NCBI GenBank assembly: GCA_016748015.1
Contig: JAAOMT010000703.1
Coordinates: 618,255 to 682,254 of the forward strand
Origin: Geosiphon pyriformis uo1
Taxonomy: Eukaryota > Fungi > Glomeromycota
Direction: 5' to 3'
DNA: 64,000 nucleotides
The first letter of the stretch is position 1. Every line of letters begins with the position of its first letter. This document shows positions 1 to 10,983 of the stretch, piece after piece. The position numbers and the translations under genes are program-made. Under the pieces are notes generated by a model. The model saw only the letters and a program-made list of their open reading frames with translations, was not told the DNA's origin and did not search any database.

Positions 1-3000
1 AAGCAAAATACTGGTGAAACTGTCACCCAATACCTTGCTTGATTCAATCGAATTTGCCGTCAGATTGAAGCGATTGAACAAGGATACTACACTGATTCTC
101 AGGTTTTAAATCAGTTTATTAAAGGATTAAAAAGCAGCATTTTAGGAAGAGTACGCCCTGCCCACCCTAATTCCTTACCAGAAGCCATTACGCTTACCAG
201 AGCCCTTGAATTGGCTAAGAAAGAAGCTAATTATAGTCAAATAGTTAACATGGTAATGGAAGAAAATAAGACAGAAACATTAGAGAAAAGAGTAACGCAA
301 TTAGGAGAGAAACTCTCTAAGAAAATAGAAAGTTACCTCATCCCAGATCCGAGAAAAAATACATACCAACCACTCCAAAGACGCAGCCAAGAAGTCAGCG
401 ACAGTCGAAATAATCGCTCGTCACACCAGGAATTCAGAACAGAAACGTGTACCTGCTATTTTTGCAAATGTGTAGGACATTTGATTAGTCAATATCAAAC
501 GCAAATAATATAGGAAACATGCGAAAATAATTACTACGCGCCACCTCAAATGCCCAAAAACCAGTACACACCAATACTACGCCAATATCCTATCATGTAT
601 CAAAATCAAGGAGCTTACCAGCAACAGCCCATAATAACCAACCCAAATTGACATCCCGAGGCCTGAAATCAGCCCATGTGGAACCAGAATGTGTTGGTCT
701 AGAGAAATCCAAACTGCGCCGGAACCAATCAGCAAACCAATCCAAACTACCAAAATTATCAACAAACTTACCTTAATATACCAAAAAACCTGATCATCGG
801 AAACAATGACAGTAGAAACATAAACAGAACCAAGAATTCCTCCAAATTGAGCCAGACAATACCACCAGCAGTTGCTACCGAAGATAGCAGCCTCGCAGCT
901 ATTTTTCCTTTTGAATTAGAAAAAAATGAGGCTATGTTCAGTGGAGCAGCATTGGACGAAAAATGCTCAATCACTGCTATGTATACGGAAGCCACTGTAA
1001 ACAATACCCCAATTAAACTTATCTTAGACAGCAGATCCGCTGGAAGCATCGTAACACTTTAACTAGTAAACCAACTGGGTTTCAAAGTTGATCGTGTCAC
1101 GACGTCCCAAATAATAACAGCTGATGGAAGTACAAAGCTGCCTCATGGCGAAATTGACTCATTCCCTTTCAAAATTAACAGCATAGTAATACCTACAAAA
1201 GTATTAGTAATGGACGCTACACAATATCAAGCATTAGTAAGGAATGACTGGTTAACAAAAGCCAACGCCACCCTAGACTGGACCACCCAAGAGCTTCTGA
1301 TCAATTATAATGGCCACCAGGCCAAAATTTCAGCCACTTGTGGCCACTTCCAAAAACCCAGTGCCAACCAAAGACCTACCTTCGAATTTGAGGAAAATCC
1401 AGCACTACCAGCCATCGAAACCTATCAGCTCTCTTGGGCTGATGACCAAAAAACAGGACTACCAGTCGTACCAACGTGGACCAGTGAAGAAAGATCCGAA
1501 TGGAACCAGGTAAGTTCACAAAAAAACCACCAGTGATGCAAACCAAAGCTAGAATGCTTGGTTTGCAAGAAAAAACTCTCGTCTATGACTGCGTGCAGTG
1601 CACCGGACGAAGACCCAAGAAACCCCACCCACTACTATTGTAACTGTTGTAATAAAAAAAAATATGGTTATCCAGAAAGACACGGAAAATGGGACAAGGA
1701 ACCGTGCCTCGCTTGTGGAGAACTGTTACCAAGAGGGTGCGACTGGAACGACTTACCAGGTAGAGGAGGAATGTGTGATGCAACTTGCCAATACACGATC
1801 CTCATTTGTAACTGGGTAAAAGGAGGAATGCTGTTCAAAGCAGCGTTCAACAGAGCATTAAAAAGACTACAGCACTACCCACATGACGAGGACGAGTTAT
1901 ATAACACCGCACAAGCCAAAGTAAAAGAAGGAACCGCTGAAGAAATATGATGTTGGAAAGAGTCAGCCGAAGTAGCCGACAAAGTCGCCAGCTACAACAT
2001 GTTTGACCCAGTGGACAAATTCCAGGACTATTACCAACAACTATGTCCCACTCGACAAGAGCAAGAACAATACCTTGCCCAAATCAACACTTATTTCTGC
2101 GAAAACTGTCTCATCCCATGCCAAAATCAGTGCTGTGAAGAGTGTCAAGATGAAAGGGACTTAAAAAGAAAAATAGAAATTGAGAATCAGCAGTCTCAAA
2201 ATCAATCAATAAATTAACAAGACTCACCTGATGGTCCTGAGTCAGAAAAATTTGTAGCCTATACTGACCTAGAACAGGTGACCGACATCTGATACTTTGA
2301 CAATGGGCACTTAGAAATAATACCCGAAAGAGCTCATCCAACTGACGCCAGATTCGATCTACGTTATCCAGAAAACCAATCCACAACGTTACCACCCAGG
2401 AGCATCACCAAAATCAACCTAAAAATAGCGGTTGAAATTCCACCAGGAATAATGGTTCAAATGGCATCGCGATCAAACCTCGCGAAAAAAGGAATAAGCG
2501 TTCAAGGAGGAGTAATTGACTTTGGATACACTGGAAATTTGATGGTTTTGCTACAGAACAATTCAGAAAAGCCTTATACCATTGAATCTAAGGAAAAGAT
2601 TGCACAAGCAATTTTTCTACCATTGGTAAAAATTGGAAAATTCGTGCCAGTAAAAAATCATGAGGAATTGTCACAAACAACGAGAGGAACTTTTGGTTTC
2701 AGATTGACAGGAAAAGGAATTGAAGTGAATTTCGCTAAAACAATAGAGGAAAAAGGCGAAGTAATTAAAAATGAGCAGTCCATTATGCTCCTACCATATG
2801 GAAAATCAGAAATAAGAATAAAAAGGACAATTAAAGAAAAAGACCTAATATTTGAGCCCTACCCAGAAACTTGCCAACAGTTTTTCATAGGACTTACTAA
2901 CCTTTTTATTCCAGCAGATAAAGCTCAATGGATAAAAATTCCTATCACAAACACTATAGAAGAACCTGTCTACATTCCGGAAGATACCATCATTGGATAC

Positions 3001-4545
3001 CTCGGAACAGAGCTAGAAAACGCGTCAACACCACAAAAAATTCTAAATTTCTCAGAAATTGCCCTCTACTGTGAACTCACTTCAATAAATTGGCAACAAC
3101 CATTAGAATGCTATCAATTTACACCAGAAAAATTGGCCAAATTAAACATTGGAACAATGGATCCTGACCAACAACGACAATTAAAAGCATTAATTTTAAA
3201 ATATTCTGATATATTTTCAAGAAATGGCAAATTTGGAAGAACCAACTTGGTTCAACACCAAATCCCCACTGGAGACACCAGACCTAAAAAACAATGCACT
3301 TACCGTGTCCCACCAATGGAGCATAATTTTATCAGAAAAGAAGTCCAAAGCATGTTGGAAAAAGGAATAATACAACCATCAATGAACCCATGGTCCTCAC
3401 CAGTTGTTTTAGTAAGGAAAAAGAATGGAAAAATTAGATTTTGCGTCGACTATCGCAAACTAAACAGCAAAACAACCAAAGACTCATACCCAATACTGTA
3501 AATTGACAAAATCTTCGACGTTTTTGAAGGAGCAAAATGGTTTTCTACACTGAACTTGACCAGTGAGTACTGGCAAGTGGAAATGGACCCAAAGGACAGG
3601 CATAAAACAGCATTCACAACACAAAATGGCAATTATGAGTTCAATGTAATGCCATTTGGATTAACAAACGCTCCCGCGACATTCCAAAGACTAATGGACA
3701 TAATTTACTCTGGAATCCTGTGGCAATCCATTGTTGTCTACTTGGATGATACAAATGTTTTCTCGTCAAAATTCACAGATCATCTCCAACATTTACAACA
3801 AGTTTTTGAGAGATTGAGACACGCTGGACTTAAACTAAATCTAGAAAAATGTTTCTTTGGGAAAAATGAGCTAGCATTTTTAGGACACGTAGTTGGAAAA
3901 GATGAAATAAAACCAGATCCATCAAAAATAGACAAAGTGAAAAATTTTCCAGTACTTCGAAACGTTTTAGAAGTTAGAAGCTTTTTAGGACTCGCATCTT
4001 ACTACCACCGCTTTGTAGAAAACTTTTCAAACATCGCCAAACCCCTTAATTACCTACTATCTAAAAATGTGAAGTTTGAATGGACTAAAGCACAACAAAA
4101 AGCTTTTGAGTACCTTAGACAAAAGCTCATTGAATCACTAATAATGATTTATCCGAATTTCAACAAGAAATTCAGTTTGGCCACAGATGCCTTTGGAACT
4201 GGACTTGGAGCCATTCTGTCACAAAAAGATAATAATGGAAGAGAACGTGTAATTGCTTATGCCAGCAGAAGTCTCAGTACGGCAGAACAAAACTACGCAG
4301 CACATGAACTTGAATGCTTAGCAGTAGTCTGGAGTTGTGTTCACTTTGACACATATTTATGGTACCAACTCTTTGAGATTACAACAGATCATAGAGGTCT
4401 GGTCTGGTTAAATAACAAGAAAGTGCTAAAAAAAAAATACGCCAGATGGTCACAAATATTAGCACCATATGATTATATTATCAAATACAAAGAAGGTACC
4501 AAAAATGCTAATGCCGACTGTTTGTCAAGAATGAGACACACATAA
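1..4545 (+). pseudogene. Family A Gag-PR-Cys-rich-dUTPase-RT-RNaseH polyprotein with in-frame stops
   Basis: ORF fragments at 211, 847, 1210, 1558, 1999, 2452 and 3556 are all in one frame; motifs CYFCKCVGH, ASRSNL..GGVIDFGYTG..KIAQ, PWSSPVVLV, MPFGL, YLDD, NADCLSR*. Confidence 0.93.
2290..2715 (+). pseudogene. dut: dUTPase domain inside family A polyprotein
   Basis: All five trimeric dUTPase motifs visible (D-A-x-F-D-L, RS-N-L, GVIDxGYTG, KIAQ, RGTFGF). Confidence 0.9.
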
Positions 4546-4574
4546 AAATCACCAATCCACCCACCACAACAACA

Positions 4575-5954
4575 ATGAACAACCACCTTTACAAAAACCT
4601 CAGCCAATACTTGGAAACACTACAAATAGACAAAGAAATGCTAGTAAAAGAGCTAATTAAGCTCCAAAAATTAGCAAAACACTATTTCATCCAAAATTAC
4701 ATACTTTATTACCAGAATTGACAAAATCCAGATAATCCATTAAGAGTTATAACCACGGATGAAAAAGAAACTATCTTATTTAATATGCACTCAGATATTC
4801 ATTCAGGCCACTTTGGAAAAACAGCAACCATCCAACGTGCAACTAGCCATTACTATTGGCCAAAAATGAGTTCAGACATAATTCAATACATAAGAAATTG
4901 TGACTCATGCCAACAAAGAGGAGGAGCAAAAACAACAGAATTATTAAGACCAATAAAAGTTGGACAGCCATTTGACAGAATCAGAATTGATTTAGTTGGA
5001 CCCTTACCAATAACAACAAGAAACAACCATTATATTGCAGTAGCCATGGACTATCTCACCAAATGGCCAGAAGCTAGAGCTATTAAAACAGCTGATGCTA
5101 TTTCCGTAGCTTAATTCGTACATGAAAACTTAATTTGCCGACATGGATGTCCACAAAAATTACTATCAGATCAAGGCACACACTTCATAAACAGCACCTT
5201 AAAAAAACTTAGCCAAAAATTTGGAATCAAGCGACTACTGTCATCACCATACCACCCTCAAACAAATGGATTAGTTGAAAGATTTAATCGCACATTATGC
5301 AAATCACTGGCAAAAATTAGTAACAAACATAAAAAAGAATAGGATTTGTTCATACCAGCAGTACTACTAGCATATAGAACAGTAAAACAAGATACTACAC
5401 AATTCACACCGTTTGAACTAGTTTATGGAAGAAAAGCCACATTACCAGTTGAACTTACTATCCCAACTTATCTAAGTGACACTATCATGGAAGCAACATT
5501 TCAGGAAACACTACTTAGAAGAACATACGAATTAATGGGAACTTTAGAAAACAAAAGAAGAAAGGCAGCACAAAATATTGAACAATCACAAGAACAACAA
5601 AAAGTGAGACATAATAACCAATTACCAGATAATATAATTAGCTACAAAATTGGAGATAAAGTATTGTTGCATCGTACAAAAATGGAAAAACAGTGGAGTG
5701 GAAAATTTGATCACAAGTGGGATAGACCATTTTATATTCACAAAATACTTGGAAATGGAGCATACAAGCTAAAACTAGATGATAAAATATTAAGAAAAGC
5801 AGCACATGGTAACCGGCTGAAATTCTATTACAGTAAACCAGTAATAACAACAAAAACACCCAGAATTAGAACACAATTACCTTTAATTCTACCAAAACAA
5901 ATTCCACGAGATTTAGAACCAATAGTTTTAATTGAACATTATTCGAAAAGATAA
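4575..5954 (+). pseudogene. Family A integrase, separate ORF
   Basis: ATG at 4575, 29 nt after the RNaseH stop; HHCC (HSDIHSGH...CDSC), IDLVGP, SDQG, GLVERFNR, GPF-like module, tail DLEPIVLIE; no chromodomain. Confidence 0.92.
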
Positions 5955-5996
5955 TTAATCTTAGATCACAGCAAAAATGATTTAACAACCATAAAA

Positions 5997-6560
5997 ATGC
6001 ATGCAAAAGATTCCAAAATAACAGTCAAAATTAAAACAANNNNNNNNNNNNNNNNNNNNNNNNNNNNNNNNNNNNNNNNNNNNNNNNNNNNNNNNNNNNN
6101 NNNNNNNNNNNNNNNNNNNNNNNNNNNNNNNNNNNNNNNNNNNNNNNNNNNNNNNNNNNNNNNNNNNNNNNNNNNNNNNNNNNNNNNNNNNNNNNNNNNN
6201 NNNNNNNNNNNNNNNNNNNNNNNNNNNNNNNNNNNNNNNNNNNNNNNNNNNNNNNNNNNNNNNNNNNNNNNNNNNNNNNNNGACAAAACAACTATCCAAC
6301 TATTAGAACCTTTCATTGGAAAAACCAACACTACATTCCATTCAAAAACAGTTTACAGAATTTTCAAAGCATTTGAAAACTGTCACAAATTATTGTTGGA
6401 CCCAACCATGAACATAATAACAACCAACAGTATTAGACGACTTACCAACTTGCAATTTCAAGAATTACAACAACAAATTAATAACACAGTATTGAACCAC
6501 TATAGTAACTTAGAATTTAATGAAGAAATTAACTTCGATTTCGACGGAGCTCAATCTTGA
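5997..6560 (+). pseudogene. Family A ORF3, unknown function, partly in a gap
   Basis: Lies between IN stop and PPT; C-terminus aligns by eye with ORF3 of B, C and D; ends FDGAQS*. Confidence 0.65.
6040..6281. other. Assembly gap
   Basis: Run of N. Confidence 1.
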
Positions 6561-6570
6561 AAGGAGGAGA
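6559..6570 (+). promoter_or_regulatory. Polypurine tract of element A
   Basis: gaaaggaggaga, followed by taa and then the LTR TG. Confidence 0.9.
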
Positions 6571-6573
6571 TAA

Positions 6574-7440
6574 TGTTATGGTTTAAGAATTTAGCAAAAA
6601 GAATCATAAAAATAATACAAACTATTCAATCATAATATAGCACAGTAATAATCTTAGAAAGGTAATGATTAACATAGTAGCAAACACCATCTCGCAATAG
6701 TGGCAAGCACCAGTTCACAATAGCAGCCAACACCAACTGGTAATAGCAGCAAACACCAGATTGAAATATCAAAAAGAAAGTATTTTCTTGTAGAACTACA
6801 AACATGTATATATACAGTAGTTTTAATATTGGGAAATAATCAATCAAGTAATAAAAATCATAACTTATCAAGCAACAGATCCAATTTTATCCAACAAACT
6901 CCACTTTAAATCATACTTTCAAATTAAATATCTCAAAAAATCTTTAAAAATTAAAAAGAAATAAAAAAGAATATTTAAAACGGAACTATCACAACCCAAA
7001 GTATTAAGAAACTTACTTGTATTATTTATTGAATGAAACTATCATTCATCAACTGAATCCCTTGGAAGAATAATCCTTGATCAAGATTATTCACGTTGTT
7101 ACTAATTGATAAAAGCTTTATTGTGAGAATTAGAAAAGCACTAAAGACCATTAACATTCTGTGTTTCTAAATTAGAGAAACACATCAGGCAATTGCAAGG
7201 ATAGCCTCAGAGAAGACCCCAGACAGTGGGTAGATTTCAGTTCAGCCTCCTAGAAGAAGTACATAAACACACACAACAATCAAGAATTAAAGAATAACTT
7301 ACATCGCAACAGTAAAAAGAAAGTTTTCAGTGTAACAGTGACATTATCACACAAATAGAATTGAGGAACTCACAAAAGACTGATTGCAATTAAAGCGGGA
7401 TATCAGCAATTAAATATAACAAGAAAACCATCTTGTAACA
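6574..7440 (+). repeat. 3' LTR of element A (867 bp)
   Basis: TGTTA...TAACA ends; near-identical to 18975-19767; TATA-like gtatatatac near 6806. Confidence 0.95.
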
Positions 7441-8956
7441 ACAGCCACCAAACTTCATTCCAGATTTTCTACAGCTTTGCAGATATGTGGATATCATGTT
7501 ACAAACAATTTGCAGATGGAATAAATGTTATTTGCTCCAACCAAAACAATTGAAACAAATGAACATAGCAAACTTAGACCCACTTTAACATATGCAGCTC
7601 AAGATATTACTTAACAACTTTAATAATATTTTTGTTAGCAAAGATGAATTTGGCCATACTAATATTATCTAGCATCAGATTAAAACTGGAAATATGATGC
7701 CAATAAACAACAAGCATGCAGAGTACCACCAGCCAGCCATAAAATCATTTATCAAGAAATCAATCAGATGCTTGACAATAGGTTAATTCAGCCATTAATA
7801 AGCTCATAGTCATTACCAGTAGTACTAGTCCAAAAGAAAAATGGAAAAATCTGCTTTTGTGTAGATTACAGGAAACTGAATGGAGTAACAAAAGAAGATA
7901 ACTACCTGACTCCAAAAATCCAAAAACTGTTTGATGCTTTTGGAGGAAAGAATGGTTCTCAACTTTGAACTTAGACAGCAGTTACTGACAAGTAGCCATA
8001 AAATTGGAAGATAAAAAGAAAATGGCTTTTACAACACAAGAAGGGAATTTCAAATTTGAAGTAATGCTATTTGGTTTGATGAATGCACCAGCCATCTTTC
8101 AACAACTAATGGAAATTGTTTACACCAGACTACTATAGAAATTAGTAGTTGTTTACTTAGATAACACAAATGTGTTCTCCAAGACATTTGATGATTATTT
8201 ACATCATCTCCAACAAATGTTTGAAAGACTAAAAAAAGCCAGATTAAAATTAAATGCAACCAAGTATTTCTTTGAAAAAACTAAACTTAAGTTTTTGGGA
8301 CATTTTGTGAACAAAGGCAGTATTAAAACAAATTTAGACAAGATTAAGATAGTCAAAAACTTTTCAGTACCAACCAACTTGACAGAACTAAGAGCATTCT
8401 TGGAATTTGCTGAATACTATTATCACTTTATCAAAGACTTTTCTAAACTGGCCCAGCCATTATACCAGCTCCAATCAAAAAACATCAAGTATAAATGGAC
8501 AGAAAACCAGCAAAAAACTTTCAACATATTAAAAAGAAAACTTATTCAAGCTTTAGTGTTGATGTATTCAGATTACAGCAAATCATTTATCATCACCACT
8601 GATGCATTAGGCCAAGCATTGAGAGCAGTACTATCACAGAAAAGACTGGATGGAAGAGAACATCCAGTAGCATACACCAGCCAAAGTTTGAGTCCAGCTA
8701 AAAAAAACTATGAAACACCAATATTAGAATACTTAGCAATCTATTGGGCAGTTATGAAATGAAAAGAATACTTAAGCCAGAAGTTTGACATATATACTGA
8801 TCATAAAGAATTGACTTCAATTCAGAAGCAAGAATTTGAAGATGATTGTCATGCTCAATGGAAAATAGAACTTTCACCATTTAAATATACTGTATACTAT
8901 AAAAAAGGAAAAAAAACAGAAATGCCAATGGTTTATCATGAATGAAACAAATCTAA
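7441..8956 (+). pseudogene. Element B RT-RNaseH fragment
   Basis: CFCVDYRKLN, YLDN, ITTDA..GAVLSQ-like; ends MKQI*. Confidence 0.9.
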
Positions 8957-8986
8957 GGACACTTCAATCCAAAAATATAACAAAAG

Positions 8987-9970
8987 ATGAATATACAAAA
9001 ATATTAACAACTTCAACATTTTATAAATACTCAATGGTTTAAGGAGAAATTATCTCAAAAGGAACAAAACCATATCAAACAACAGTCCAAATATTTTATT
9101 ACTTACCAAAATATACTTTATTGGAAAAACAGAAAAAATCCAGATCAACCAACCAGAGTAATCACAAAACCAGAAAAAGAAACAATATTATTCAACATGT
9201 ACTCTGATTCAACAGCAAGACATTTTCACAAAGAAGCAATCATAAAAAGAACCAAAAATAAATACTATTGGCCATCCATGTACCCAAACATCATTCAATA
9301 CATGCAAAATTGTGATGCTTGTCAGAGAAAAGAAGAAACAAGATCCAGTGAGCCATTAAGACCAATCAAAGTAGAACAACCATTCAAGTATATTGAAATT
9401 GACTTAGTTAGACCATTAACAATAACTAACAGAGAGAACAGATACATCACAGTAGTCATGGATTATCTCACTAAATGGCCAGAAGCAAAAGCAATTCAAA
9501 GAGTAAATGCAGAATCCATTGTCAAATTCATTTATCAAGATCTGATTTGTTGACATGGATGTCCAAAAGAATTATTATTCGACCAAAAAACTCACTTTGT
9601 GAATAGAACATTAACAAAACTGAGTCAAAGATTCGAAATAAAGAGACTATTATCATTACCATATCACCCACAAACCAATGGATTAGTTGAAAGATTCAAT
9701 AGAACATTGTGCGAAACAATAGCCAAGATCAGCCAAAAAAACCAGAACAAATGAGATTTATTCATATCATCAATATTATTTGCTTATCAGACAATGAAGC
9801 AAGATACTACATAAGCAATACCATTTGAATTAGTATACAGTAGAACAGTAACATTACCAGTTGAGATAGAGATTAATACATATCTAATGGAACCAATAAC
9901 AGAAGACAATTTCCAAGAAACATTGCTAAGAAGAACATATAACTTAATGGAAATGCTAGAAAACAAATGA
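8987..9970 (+). pseudogene. Element B integrase, 5' part (3' part about 40163-40547)
   Basis: Own ATG at 8987; ORF 9197-9553 with CDAC and DYLTKWPEA; GLVERFNR. Confidence 0.88.
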
Positions 9971-10939
9971 CATTACCAGTAGAATTTTAGCTATTAATTA
10001 GCATAAAATTACCCTCATAATTTCTATTATTAATTAGCATTTATTATTATTATTTTAATTATTACTTATTATTTAATCAAATTATCAAATATCATTACTT
10101 AATCAATAATCCGATTTGTATTCTAGAAATTAAGATGATCAAATTACACAATACTCTGAACCATTTAACATAGTCAAAATTCGCCGAAATCAATGAAAAT
10201 TGGCCGAAATAATCAATAGTTCAGTGAAATAACTTGTAGTTTGCCGAAATTATCTTTAGTTTACCCAAATTGTAGCAAAAAGAAAAATGCAAGTTCAAAG
10301 ACTAGTACTACAACAGGTTGTATAAAAGAAGAGCTTTTCTCTTCAAGAAAATGTATCTTTTCATAATATCTTAACATAGTATCTTACTTTAGATATCTTA
10401 ATTGAAACAAATCATCTTTTACATATTTCAAATAAAAATTAAATATTCAAAAAACAAATTCTTTGATTATTACATTTGAAATTCCCTAAACACAACTAAT
10501 ATTTTGAAATTGATTAGCTACCAATTTCAATAAACTGTTAGTGACTCCAGGCATGAATAGAAAACGTTTCCCTTGACAGAATTCTATTTCTTTTACATTT
10601 CTTTTATTTTTCTTTTATTTCTTGTTACAATCATTAGAATAGCCTACAAACGAGATTCCTGTAGAAGAGTTGACTTTCACAGCAAAGTAACTACACATTT
10701 TAGTAAGCTTCCAGACAAGCAATTCCTGGGAAAGAGTTGATGTTTACTACAACATAATTACATAAAGTAACTGACAAAAAATTGGCCATTTCACTCATAA
10801 GTCCAGCAGTTCAAATTATAAGAGATAATTTGAAGATAAATTCAGTTACTGAAGGTCCAACTTCTTCCTGAAAACGTGAATTCACAGCAAATCAATATTA
10901 ACAACATTCAAGAAAAAAGACCAAAAACCTCCAGTAACA
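9971..10939 (+). repeat. C1 5' LTR (starts CA instead of TG)
   Basis: cattaccagtagaatttt...ccagtaaca; matches 39204-40162. Confidence 0.92.
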
Positions 10940-10951
10940 TTTGGTGCTCTT
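10940..10951 (+). promoter_or_regulatory. Primer-binding site (TT-TGGTGCTCT), also at 15072, 16638 and 49581
   Basis: TGG two nt after the LTR CA; complementary to a tRNA ending ...GAGCACCA. Elongator tRNA-Met or tRNA-Ile(UAU) are plausible but not verified. Confidence 0.8.
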
Positions 10952-10983
10952 CCACAGAAATAACACAGCAACAACAAATTCAA

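Larger units (their letters stand above)
1..7440 (+). mobile_element. Ty3/gypsy-like LTR retrotransposon family A (5' end outside window), inserted in pol of element B
   Basis: Gag/CCHC remnant, protease (LILDSRSAG), dUTPase, RT (YLDD), RNaseH, integrase, ORF3, PPT and 3' LTR in order; sequence after 7440 (acag...) resumes the pre-RT region of another element. Confidence 0.95.

Noticed and set aside
6626-6871. Antisense 81-aa ORF repeated at 19027-19272
   Set aside because: Lies within two near-identical LTR copies; no motif, and conservation is explained by LTR identity
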